Assembly: GCA_030550295.1 (NCBI GenBank)
Contig: JAUQPQ010000003.1
Location: forward strand, 1 to 56,525
Source: Chloroflexota bacterium
Lineage (GTDB): Bacteria > Chloroflexota > Dehalococcoidia > SM23-28-2 > HRBIN24
Length of the DNA stretch: 56,525 nucleotides
Reading direction: 5' to 3'
Made by a program: the position numbers and the translations under genes. The notes below the pieces were generated by a model, which searched no databases, was not told the origin of the DNA, and was given only the letters and a program-made list of their open reading frames with translations. Below, one piece after another: positions 19,154 through 27,895 of the stretch (position 1 is its first letter; each line of letters starts with the position of its first letter).

Positions 19154-20410
19154 TCAGGGCAGGCCCTTTAGACCAGCCCTTGGCACCCCCACTAGGGCCA
19201 CCATGTTGCCTTCAGGGTGACGATTCTCGTACATCAGCTGGTGGGCAAGCCCTATCTCTTCAAACTTAAAGAGGCGAGAGGCCATGCATGGGTCGACCTT
19301 TCCCTCAATCACTAGCTGGTTGAAGGCGGCGGCCTGCTCATCGTTAGCGAAGTGAGAGCCCTGCAGCCGCTTTTGCCTCATCCACAGGTAGCGCAGATCA
19401 ACTACTGCGTTGTAGCCAGTGGTGCCAGCACAGATGACTACCATCCCACCGGTGTCGCACACAAATATAGAGGTAGGGATGGTGTCTTCCCCAGGATGCT
19501 CGAACACGATGCGTGGGTTCCGCCTTTCGCCTAAGACTTCCCAGATGGCGCGCCCAAAAGCCCGGACGCCCTCCAGCCAGCGGTTATATGCCTCCCGGTC
19601 GCTCCAGTGGGGCATCATGCCCCAGTGATTGAAGTTTTTGCGGTTGATGCACCCTTTGGCCCCCAAACGTATGCAGAAGTCAAACTTCTCCTCAGCTGAT
19701 ACGACAGCTACAGGAATGCCCCCGTGCACTTTAGCGATCTGAATGCCCATAGACCCTAGGCCTCCTGCCCCACCCCACACCAGGACCACGTCGCCAGGCT
19801 GAACGGTGTGGGGAGGCCAGCCCAAAAGCATACGGTAGGCTGTGGCCCCCACCAGGGTGGGGGCAGCTGCTTCCTCCCAAGTGAGATGGGGAGCCTTGGG
19901 TAGGCACTGGTGCGCCTGTACCTTGCAGAACTGGGCGAAGCTCCCCCAGTTGGTCTCGTAGCCCCAAATGCGGGCCGAAGGTGCCATAATGGGGTCTCCC
20001 CCTGCCTTAATGTAGGGGTCCTCCGCGTCCCACCACCCGCAGTGGATTACGACATGGTCCCCCACCTTGACGTTGGTCACCTTTTCCCCTACCGCCCACA
20101 CGATGCCCGAGGCGTCTGACCCACCTATATGGAAATCGGAAGGATCCCCATCTCGTTGCTGAATAGATATGACATCTACCGGCACCCCCAGGGCAGCCCA
20201 TACGTTGTTGTAGTTGATGCCGGCCGCCATCACGTATACCAAGGCCTCGTCCGGCCTTAGGTCTTTAGGTACCTCTACCTTCTCCGTCCTGAAAGCATTG
20301 ATGGGCTCACCAAACCGCTCCCGCCGAATCACCTGTGCATACATGTAACGCGGTATATGCCCCAGCGGAGGCATCTCCCCAATTTCATAGATATCTTTCC
20401 TAACAATCAT
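19154..20410 (-). CDS. ccr: Crotonyl-CoA carboxylase/reductase
   Basis: [58 protein letters not shown]; the Asn, Glu and His CO2-binding positions of carboxylating enoyl reductases appear conserved. Confidence 0.93.
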   Translation of the reverse strand: MIVRKDIYEIGEMPPLGHIPRYMYAQVIRRERFGEPINAFRTEKVEVPKDLRPDEALVYVMAAGINYNNVWAALGVPVDVISIQQRDGDPSDFHIGGSDASGIVWAVGEKVTNVKVGDHVVIHCGWWDAEDPYIKAGGDPIMAPSARIWGYETNWGSFAQFCKVQAHQCLPKAPHLTWEEAAAPTLVGATAYRMLLGWPPHTVQPGDVVLVWGGAGGLGSMGIQIAKVHGGIPVAVVSAEEKFDFCIRLGAKGCINRKNFNHWGMMPHWSDREAYNRWLEGVRAFGRAIWEVLGERRNPRIVFEHPGEDTIPTSIFVCDTGGMVVICAGTTGYNAVVDLRYLWMRQKRLQGSHFANDEQAAAFNQLVIEGKVDPCMASRLFKFEEIGLAHQLMYENRHPEGNMVALVGVPRAGLKGLP

Positions 20411-20493
20411 AGATACCTCCTATGAATCGATGGTGTTCCTATAGGTTATTTCCCAGGATAAAGAAGGGGCGTTGGGGGCGTCAAGGGAAGGGA

Positions 20494-21237
20494 TTAGGTA
20501 TGGCCAGTGATGCGGTAGGCAGCCTCTTGGAAGCGGCGGCGGTAATCGTCTTGCTGGCGCAAGGTCTGGTTTACTTCTCCCTCTTGGTGAAGGGGTTCCC
20601 AAGTTCCTAGGGAAAGGTCAAGTATCTGCTTAGCTGCCTTAAGCGCCGGTAGTGAGTGGGCGGCCATCTGGGTGGCGAGGGAAAGGGCGCCTGCCAGCAG
20701 CTCTTCCTGGGGGAGGACGCGGTTGACGAGGCCCATACTTAGAGCCTCTTGGCAGTCTACGGGGCGGGCGGTGTAAATGATCTCCTTGGCTCGGGACAGC
20801 CCCACCAGGCGGGGGAGATAGGCTGCTCCAGTGACTAGGCCGTATTCGGCTCCAGGGAAGCGGAAGCGGACGTTGTGGGAGGCGAGACGGATGTCGCAGT
20901 AGATGGCCAGAAGGGCTCCTGCCCCGTAGGCGTAGCCATTGACGGCGGCGATGACAGGCTTGGGAAAGCGCAACACTTTGATGAGGGTGTTAGCTATCAA
21001 GGGGCCCAGATCGGGCTGGGCCACGGCCTCGGCCATATCGGCGCCGGCACAGAAGGCCTTATCCCCTGCCCCAGTGACCACAAGCACATGGACTGGATCG
21101 TCTTGGGCCAGGGCGTCCAGGGCGGCTGAGAGCTCTTGCGCCATTTGGCGGTCTATGGCGTTGCGGGTGTCGGGGCGGTTGAGGCGTAGGAGGGCCACAT
21201 GGCCCTGCTGTTCGAGTTGAAGACGCTGGTAGTCCAT
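20494..21237 (-). CDS. Crotonase-superfamily protein
   Basis: LNRPDTRNAI, KAFCAGADM, IAAVNGYAYGAG; canonical catalytic Glu residues absent. Confidence 0.85.
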   Translation of the reverse strand: MDYQRLQLEQQGHVALLRLNRPDTRNAIDRQMAQELSAALDALAQDDPVHVLVVTGAGDKAFCAGADMAEAVAQPDLGPLIANTLIKVLRFPKPVIAAVNGYAYGAGALLAIYCDIRLASHNVRFRFPGAEYGLVTGAAYLPRLVGLSRAKEIIYTARPVDCQEALSMGLVNRVLPQEELLAGALSLATQMAAHSLPALKAAKQILDLSLGTWEPLHQEGEVNQTLRQQDDYRRRFQEAAYRITGHT

Positions 21238-21304
21238 TTACGTGCCCGATAAGTAAAGGGCCTTGGGGAGAGAGGGCAACGCCTTCCCCAAGGCCCTATT
21301 GCTC

Positions 21305-22537
21305 CTAAACGGACAGGATGTGGATGCTAAGGGCTGCTGCCTCGCCCCTAACCATGCCGCCCCCGTTCTCGGTGAGGCCCACTTTGGCCCCCTCTACCTG
21401 GCGGGCCCCTGCCTCTCCTCTGAGCTGCCAGAAGATCTCACATATCTGGGCCACGCCGGTGGCGCCTATGGGGTGGCCTTTGGCAAGTAGCCCGCCGCTG
21501 GTATTAACGGGCTGCTTGCCCCCAAGCTTAGTGTAGCCGCTACGGATGAGGGAGGGGCCCTCCCCCTCGGCGCAAAGGCCGAGCTCTTCGTAAATTATGA
21601 GCTCAGCCGGGGCGCTGGCATCGTGCACTTCTATGACGTCCAAGTCCTTGGGGCCGATGCCCGCCTTCTGGTAGGCCAGCTGGGCTGTCTCGGTGGTGAT
21701 GCCCGGCTCCCCAGGAAGCCGGTCGCGACCTGAGGCCAGCACGGAGGCCCTCACATATACCGGCCGGGAAGTAAACTGGCGGGCCTTGTCAGCAGCCACA
21801 AGCACGACCGCTGCTGCCCCATCGCTTATGGGCGAGCACATAAGCCTAGTTAGAGGCTCCACTACGAGGGGGGCGTTGAGGATGTCCTCTATTGTGTACT
21901 CGCCTCCATATTGAGCCTTGGGGTTTAGGGAGCCGTGGTATAGGTTCTTTACCGCAACACGTGCGAAGTCTTCCTTAGTAGCGCCTGTCCTCTCCATATA
22001 ACGGCGGGCGAAGACGGCATAGAAGTCCATGAACATGCTCCGCCGCTCTCCGGCCCCCTCCTCGAAGGTTGGCTGCCTTTCGCTACTCTTCTCCTTGGCC
22101 TCCTTAGCGGCCTTGGCCATCTGCTGTACCCACTCCACGTCCACCGCGGCGCCGATAGCCTGGAAGGATCGCCTTTTATCTTCGTGGGTGAGCTTCTCCA
22201 TCCCTAGCACCAGGGCGATGTCGTACATGCCAGAGGCTACGTAGAGCCAGCCTAGGTGGAAGGCCGTGGAGGAGCTGGCGCAAGCGTTCTCCGTATTTAT
22301 TACAGGTATGCCCCCTATCCCTAGCTCCCTTAGCACCACCTGCCCCCGGATCATCTCTTGGCCGGTGATAAGGCCAGCGGTAGCGTTGCCTACCACTGCC
22401 ACCTGAAGCTTGGACTTGTCTATCCCTGCCGAATCGAGGGCCCCCTGTACCGCTTCCCGTGCCAAATCCTTCAAGCTACGGTCTAGAAACTTCCCAAACT
22501 TGGTCATCCCAGCCCCGATGATGGCTACGTCGCGCAT
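21305..22537 (-). CDS. Thiolase, SCP2/lipid-transfer type
   Basis: ENACASS, CSPISDGAAA, EVHDA, SGGLLAKGHPIGATG, ENGGG. Confidence 0.9.
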   Translation of the reverse strand: MRDVAIIGAGMTKFGKFLDRSLKDLAREAVQGALDSAGIDKSKLQVAVVGNATAGLITGQEMIRGQVVLRELGIGGIPVINTENACASSSTAFHLGWLYVASGMYDIALVLGMEKLTHEDKRRSFQAIGAAVDVEWVQQMAKAAKEAKEKSSERQPTFEEGAGERRSMFMDFYAVFARRYMERTGATKEDFARVAVKNLYHGSLNPKAQYGGEYTIEDILNAPLVVEPLTRLMCSPISDGAAAVVLVAADKARQFTSRPVYVRASVLASGRDRLPGEPGITTETAQLAYQKAGIGPKDLDVIEVHDASAPAELIIYEELGLCAEGEGPSLIRSGYTKLGGKQPVNTSGGLLAKGHPIGATGVAQICEIFWQLRGEAGARQVEGAKVGLTENGGGMVRGEAAALSIHILSV

Positions 22538-22601
22538 AACCTTTCCCTCCTTCTATAAAACCTGCCGTTATTATAGCACAAAGAGCTGGTGGGCCTACGC
22601 G

Positions 22602-23222
22602 TTATTGCTGCCGCCCCACTGCCTGGGAGTATAGCTCCTCCATATCGTCATAAGTGAGGGCGCCGTTATGGACGGCCACCACGATTCCGTTGGCGTTCAG
22701 GAACAGGCTCAGGGGCATTCCTATGCCGTGGTAGGCGGGAAAGAGCGTATCGTCAGGGTCGGCTAAGGCTACTGTAAAGGGGGAGGTGTTCTCAGTGGGC
22801 AGCGCCAACTTTTCGAGAAACCTCCTTGCCCGCTCGGCCGGCTCGGCCCGGTTGATGCCGATGACTATCAGGTCAGGATGGGCTTGGCGGAGGCGGTAAA
22901 TATCAACGAGTTCCCGGGCACACGGCTCGCACCAGCTAGCCCAAAAGTTGAGAAGGACGGGCCTGCCACGAAATTCGGCGAGGGTTACCCTTTTTGTTCC
23001 GTCTAGGGTGGAGGCCTCGAAATTGGGGGCCACTTCTCCTTGCCCGGGCCCCACCTTCAGGGTGGGCGCGCCCTCTGGCAGTGGGGTGAACAACAGCTTA
23101 GCGTTCCTAATCCCCTGCTGGGTGCCCAAATATCCGCTCACTTGCAATAGGCCTAGGACGCCCATTACTAGTGCCATTATCCCCATTATGGCTGCTAGGC
23201 GTCTCAGCATCCCTGAAGGCAT
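22602..23222 (-). CDS. TlpA/ResA-like membrane-anchored thioredoxin
   Basis: N-terminal TM, APNF, LLNFWASWCEPC, GMP; start could be ATG 23210. Confidence 0.85.
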   Translation of the reverse strand: MPSGMLRRLAAIMGIMALVMGVLGLLQVSGYLGTQQGIRNAKLLFTPLPEGAPTLKVGPGQGEVAPNFEASTLDGTKRVTLAEFRGRPVLLNFWASWCEPCARELVDIYRLRQAHPDLIVIGINRAEPAERARRFLEKLALPTENTSPFTVALADPDDTLFPAYHGIGMPLSLFLNANGIVVAVHNGALTYDDMEELYSQAVGRQQ

Positions 23223-23225
23223 GGG

Positions 23226-23981
23226 CTACAACGTGGGCGTTAGTTTGGAAAAAGGCCCCCAGTCAAATAAGCTGTTGAGGTTGATGAGACTATTAGTAAA
23301 GATGAGCACTCCTACCACTACCAAAGTGGCCCCGCTCACATAATTTATCACAGGGGAGATGAGCCTAAGCCACCTATATAGGGGCAGAAGGGCATTAAAG
23401 GCTAGGCCCAGGAGTAGGAAGGGGATGGCTAGCCCCGCTGAGTAGGCCCCTAAGAGGACTGCTGCCTGCGCTACGTTAGCGCCGGATACGGCCAGGGCCA
23501 GGATGGCCCCTAGGGTAGGTCCAATACATGGGCTCCAGCCAGCGGCAAAGGAGCAGCCTACTAGAAAGGAACGTAAGTAGCCCGTTCCACCCTCTATTCC
23601 CAGCCGTTGCTCCCTTTCCAAAAAGGGAATGGTGATAACTCCAGCAAGGTGTAGCCCCAAGGCGATGAGCAAGGAGCCGGCCACCTTCTGCACTATGTCT
23701 TGGTGCTCACGCAAAAAAAAGCCGATTATCCCTAAAGATACCCCAAGGGAGACAAAGACGACGGAGAAGCCAAAGGTAAAACTGAGGGAGTGTAGGAAGG
23801 GGGCATACGCCCTTGCCTTTATCTCTGTGGGGGAGCCATGCTTTCCCCCGGTGATTGGGGTAGTGGAGGTACCAGTAAGGTAAGTCAGATAAGGTGGCAC
23901 AAGAGGTAAGAGGCATGGGGAGAGAAAGGAGAAAAGCCCTGCACCCAGCGCCACTAGCAAACTTATGCCTCCCACTTCCAA
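23226..23981 (-). CDS. ccdA: CcdA (DsbD transmembrane domain) electron transporter
   Basis: SFLSPCLLPLVP and WSPCIGPTLG; TTG 23981 follows SD GGAGG and overlaps the end of the upstream gene. Confidence 0.88.
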   Translation of the reverse strand: MEVGGISLLVALGAGLFSFLSPCLLPLVPPYLTYLTGTSTTPITGGKHGSPTEIKARAYAPFLHSLSFTFGFSVVFVSLGVSLGIIGFFLREHQDIVQKVAGSLLIALGLHLAGVITIPFLEREQRLGIEGGTGYLRSFLVGCSFAAGWSPCIGPTLGAILALAVSGANVAQAAVLLGAYSAGLAIPFLLLGLAFNALLPLYRWLRLISPVINYVSGATLVVVGVLIFTNSLINLNSLFDWGPFSKLTPTL

Positions 23982-26194
23982 TCTGGGATACCTCCTGCCG
24001 GCCAAATTGGCAGCTTTTTAACCAGAAGGTCTACTCGGTTTCCCCAGCGGCGCAGAAAGCGGTAGAAATTTCGTTTGCTTAACCGGTCGCGCTCGTGGGG
24101 GTCTAACCTTTCCCATTCCCAGTGGGTAGATCGGTAAGCAGGAATATCAGGGCAGCATACTGTGCGCCACCCCAGTGCCCTTACCCTGAAGGACAAGTCA
24201 AGGTCTAGGTGACGGTAGAAGCGGAATTTTTCGTCCAAGGGTGTTACTTGCTGGATGACCATCCTTGGTATGAGCATGAGATAACCTTGGAGGGCGTCCA
24301 CGTCGCAGTCCAGTTCTACCTCATAGAAGTGGCGAAGGTCGGCGGTGTAAAGGCCCCAACGGCCCATAATCCCTAGGGTTGGATCTTGGGAGAGGCGTTC
24401 CAGATAGGGTTCCAGGGGCCCAGTGAGCCTTACTGAGCTGTCCAACCACAGGAACCAGCGGCCCTTGGCTTGTCGAAGGGTCACGTTGCGGGCCATAGCC
24501 TCTCCCAGGAAGTGGTCGGCACGGAGCACCCGTACTCGAGGGTCGGTGGCGGCTAGATGTTCCAAGAAGGATACCGTCTCGTCAGTGGAGCCGTTGTCCA
24601 CCAATATGATCTCGTCGTCTTCCCTTAGCCAGGGCAAGAGGCTATCTATGCAAGGCTGGAGGTGAGGCAAGTTGTCCCGGGCCAATAGGCTCACCGTTAT
24701 GCGCTTTTGGGGTGGCTCGTGAAGAAGGGAGGGGACATCGGTGCTACGTGATATGGTGGGGAATTCTTCTTTCCACTTGGGTCTAAGAAGTATGCGAGAG
24801 GTGCGGCGCCCATCGCGCACTTCGTAGCCCCTACCCTCGATTTGGGCCCTTAGGGCGTCTGCATCGGCATATCGGCGCTGACATCGCAAACGGTCTCGAG
24901 CCCTAGCCAGAGAGGCGATATCGGCAGGAAGCTCTACTTTCTCGGGGGGACGGTCCAGGGCCAGCCCTAGCACCGAGTCAAATTCCAGTAAAAGCCTTCT
25001 TTTGGTGGAGCTGGGGAGGCTGGAGCGTGCCACCTCCCAGGCGACGGCCAATGCCCTTGGGAGGGACAGGTCATAACACACTGCCTCCCAAAACATCTTT
25101 CGGAGCTTCTCCGCTTTATCAGGGTCAGGTCGGCCCCTGCTACCAGTTTGGGTATGGAGCTGTAACCTGGAAAGGGCGCGCTGGGAGGCCCGCAGGGCCT
25201 CCCAGGTGAAGTTCATGGGATGCCTGTAGTGGACGGTGGCGCACAGGTAACGGAAGGCTAAGGGATGGAAGCCGCGGGCTTCCAGGTCGGACAGGGTGTA
25301 GACGTTGCCTGTGGACTTGGCCATCTTTAGCCCGTCGACTAAAAGGTGGGCCCCGTGAACCCAATACCGAGCGAAGGGGCTGTCGTAGGCGGCCTCGCTC
25401 TGGGCTATCTCGTCCTCATGGTGAGGGAAGATATTGTCCACTCCTCCGGTGTGGATGTCCAGGTGGGGCCCTAAGTAACGTATTGCCATGGCAGAGCACT
25501 CGATGTGCCAACCGGGGAAGCCATAGCCCCAGGGGCTGAGCCACTTGAGGAGGCGGCCTGGTTCGGCTGCCTTCCATAGGGCAAAGTCCCTAGGGTCTTC
25601 CTTTAGCGGATCGACATCGGAGCGGACTCCTGCTAAAAGCTCTGGGCCTGTCTGCCCAGAAAGCCTTCCGTAGGTGGGGAAGGCGGATACGCGAAAATAG
25701 ACGTTCCCACTGCGCTCATAGGCGTACCCTTTCTCTAGTAGCCGTTCCACCAGCCTTATCATCTCTTCCACGTGTTCTGTGGCCTTAGGATAGTAGTGGG
25801 CAGATAAGATATTGAGACGCCTTTCGTCGCGTAAGAAGGCCTCGGTGTAGAAGTGGGCGATCTCCTGTGGGGTCTTACCCTCGGCGAGGGCGGCAGCGAT
25901 AACCTTGTCATCGCCCCTTTCTAGCTGCTCTTGACGCATGTGTCCTACATCTGTGATGTTCTTGACGTGGATCACCTCGTATCCCAGGGATTCAAGCACC
26001 CTGCGCAGCCAGTCCACCATGAGATATGTGCGCAAGTTGCCGATGTGCGCATACCTGTATACAGTTGGCCCGCACGAATATAGGCGGACGCGCCCTGGTT
26101 CTAAGGGGGTAAAAGGCTCGATACGCCTGGTCAGGGTGTTGAACAGATGGAGAGATGGGGCCGGGACCCGGCCCTCAGGTGATCTCTCAACCGT
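23963..26194 (-). CDS. cysS: Cysteinyl-tRNA synthetase fused to a C-terminal GT2 glycosyltransferase domain
   Basis: The frame stays open upstream of the track start (LHLFNTLTRRIEPF, YSCGPTVY, HIGN). Also NITDV, DFALWK, GWHIECSAM, FPHHEDE, KMAKS, ADALR; then VDNGSTD, ARNVTLRQAKGRWFLWLD, DLDLSFR. No ATG/GTG/TTG upstream of the conserved N-terminus; ACG 26194 proposed as start. Confidence 0.85.
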   Translation of the reverse strand, partial: TVERSPEGRVPAPSLHLFNTLTRRIEPFTPLEPGRVRLYSCGPTVYRYAHIGNLRTYLMVDWLRRVLESLGYEVIHVKNITDVGHMRQEQLERGDDKVIAAALAEGKTPQEIAHFYTEAFLRDERRLNILSAHYYPKATEHVEEMIRLVERLLEKGYAYERSGNVYFRVSAFPTYGRLSGQTGPELLAGVRSDVDPLKEDPRDFALWKAAEPGRLLKWLSPWGYGFPGWHIECSAMAIRYLGPHLDIHTGGVDNIFPHHEDEIAQSEAAYDSPFARYWVHGAHLLVDGLKMAKSTGNVYTLSDLEARGFHPLAFRYLCATVHYRHPMNFTWEALRASQRALSRLQLHTQTGSRGRPDPDKAEKLRKMFWEAVCYDLSLPRALAVAWEVARSSLPSSTKRRLLLEFDSVLGLALDRPPEKVELPADIASLARARDRLRCQRRYADADALRAQIEGRGYEVRDGRRTSRILLRPKWKEEFPTISRSTDVPSLLHEPPQKRITVSLLARDNLPHLQPCIDSLLPWLREDDEIILVDNGSTDETVSFLEHLAATDPRVRVLRADHFLGEAMARNVTLRQAKGRWFLWLDSSVRLTGPLEPYLERLSQDPTLGIMGRWGLYTADLRHFYEVELDCDVDALQGYLMLIPRMVIQQVTPLDEKFRFYRHLDLDLSFRVRALGWRTVCCPDIPAYRSTHWEWERLDPHERDRLSKRNFYRFLRRWGNRVDLLVKKLPIWPAGGIPDWKWEA
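26152..26186 (-). promoter_or_regulatory. Candidate bacterial SECIS element
   Basis: Minus strand GAGATcacctgaGGGCCG-GGTCC-CGGCCCcATCTC directly after UGA; apical loop starts with GGU 18 nt downstream of UGA. Confidence 0.6.
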
Positions 26195-26399
26195 GTTCTC
26201 CCTCCCAGCCTATCTCCACTTCGTCTTCGCCCCAAATGATGATGGGGACAGTAACTGAGTACTGAAGCGCCTCTTCCCACCACTGGGTCTTTCGGTCAAC
26301 CGCCCTCTCCTCTACTTCAAAGCCCCTTGCCCGTAGGTCGGCCACCGCTTTCTGGCTGACGGGGCAGCTAGTAAGTGTATAGACTATAACTTTGCTCAT
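26175..26399 (-). CDS. Glutaredoxin-like probable selenoprotein (CxxS plus C-terminal Sec)
   Basis: VIVYTLTSCPVS, TVPII, EIGWEGEHG-TGA(26189-26187)-GAG-ATC-ACC-TGA; hairpin downstream of the first TGA. Confidence 0.7.
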
Positions 26400-26450
26400 G
26401 GTGCCACCTACCCCTAATGATATCCCGCGTGGTAGGCCGTGTCAGCACGC

Positions 26451-27833
26451 CTACACCCGTATAAGCTTCCAATGTCCCCCTCGGAACCGAAGCCACATGA
26501 GAAAGGCCCTTGTGCTTATGTCTATTACCGCCCCTATCCATGCGCCCGGTGCTCCCAGGCCAGCCTTTATGGCCAGCAGATAAGCCGGCCCTAGCCGTAC
26601 TATCCACGTCCCGAAGGCGGTGATAACCATCACTGAACCAGTATCGCCGGCTCCTCTGAGGCCGCCGCTGAAGGCCAAGTTAGCCCCTAACGCGGGCATG
26701 GCGAAACCGAAAATGAACATGAGCCTACGCCCTAGCTCTACTACCTCTTCGGCCCCCTCACCCGCCACGAAAAGAGATGTTATAGGCCCGCCGAAGAGCA
26801 TAAGGAGGAGCCCCACCGCCCCCATAACGGCTGAGGCGTAAAGGGCAGCCGAATAGACGGCCCTCTCAGCAAAGCGAGGCCTCTTTGCTCCCAGTCCCTG
26901 GCCTACCAGGGCGGCGGAGGCTACACTTATGCCAAAGCCGGCGTTAAAGGCGAGGCTCTGTATTGCCAACGCTACTCCATGGGCAGCAACGGCTGTGGTG
27001 CCTAGCGAGGCCACGATTCTGGTATAAAGCATGAAGGCCAAGTTAAATTGGGCCTGTTCCAGGGCAGTTGGCGCCCCTATACCCAAGATTCGCCACATCT
27101 CGCCTAAATGGGGTTTGGCCTTGGGTGACCACCTGAGCACCAGCCTGCGAGAGGCCAACAAGGCCAATATTAAGACTGCCCCAAGCGAGGCGGCGATAGT
27201 AAATCCTGCCCCAGACCCTACTACCTCGAGGCGTGGGAAGGGACCAGGGCCGTTTATGAGGGCATACGCCATGACGGCATTGATCACGTTCACCAATACC
27301 CCTATCGCCATGGGGGTACGCGTGTCTCCAGCCCCTTGAAGGACGGAGTTGGCTGAGGAGAGCACCGACCAGAAAGGCATGCCAAAGGCTGCCGCCTGCA
27401 GATACTGGGTGCCCAGGCGGCGTGCCTCTGCCTCGGCCCCTAGCATGCCTAAGGCCCAGCGGCTGAAGAACCAAAGGCTTACCATCAGTGCTGCCCCCCA
27501 TACCGATGCCATAGCTAAGGCAGCAGCTACTGCCCTTTCGGCCCTTGTCTGATCTTTGGCCCCCACGCTTCGGGCCACCACAGCGATAGCTCCAACCCCT
27601 ATGGCGTTTATGCCCCCAAAGGCAAACCAGAAGATCTGGGCCCCAAGGCGTAGACCTGCTAAAGCATCCTCCCCTAGATGCCCGACTAAAAAGGTGTCCA
27701 CCAGTTGGACCATGGAATAGCTCACTTGCTGCACCATTACGGGCCAGGCCAGCCGGAACACTGTTCGCCCCAGGCGGGTCTCATCTAGGGCAGCTATAGG
27801 CAGGGCCCTACTCCTGGACGCCGATTCCGTCAT
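26451..27833 (-). CDS. MATE-family efflux transporter/flippase
   Basis: LAWPVM, VDTFLVGHLG, LQGAGDTRTPM, LRGAGDT; about 12 TM. Confidence 0.9.
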   Translation of the reverse strand: MTESASRSRALPIAALDETRLGRTVFRLAWPVMVQQVSYSMVQLVDTFLVGHLGEDALAGLRLGAQIFWFAFGGINAIGVGAIAVVARSVGAKDQTRAERAVAAALAMASVWGAALMVSLWFFSRWALGMLGAEAEARRLGTQYLQAAAFGMPFWSVLSSANSVLQGAGDTRTPMAIGVLVNVINAVMAYALINGPGPFPRLEVVGSGAGFTIAASLGAVLILALLASRRLVLRWSPKAKPHLGEMWRILGIGAPTALEQAQFNLAFMLYTRIVASLGTTAVAAHGVALAIQSLAFNAGFGISVASAALVGQGLGAKRPRFAERAVYSAALYASAVMGAVGLLLMLFGGPITSLFVAGEGAEEVVELGRRLMFIFGFAMPALGANLAFSGGLRGAGDTGSVMVITAFGTWIVRLGPAYLLAIKAGLGAPGAWIGAVIDISTRAFLMWLRFRGGHWKLIRV

Positions 27834-27895
27834 CTCTCTACACACAGTAGGGTATGATGATGGTGGGCCTCAAACTAGAGATAGAGCAAGGAGTC

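Noticed and set aside
19154-20410. Ccr as a polyketide extender-unit gene
   Set aside because: No PKS or NRPS genes nearby; the neighbours are assimilation enzymes.
26131-26190. Short ORF from TTG 26190 (MRDHLRAGSRPHLSICSTP) as a leader or frameshifted cysS start
   Set aside because: Out of frame with CysRS, no clear slippery site, and the in-frame ACG with its SD is simpler; not fully excluded.
23963-26194. Direct call as MshC
   Set aside because: It keeps the anticodon-binding region and typical CysRS motifs, and the GT is GT2 rather than the GT4-type MshA.
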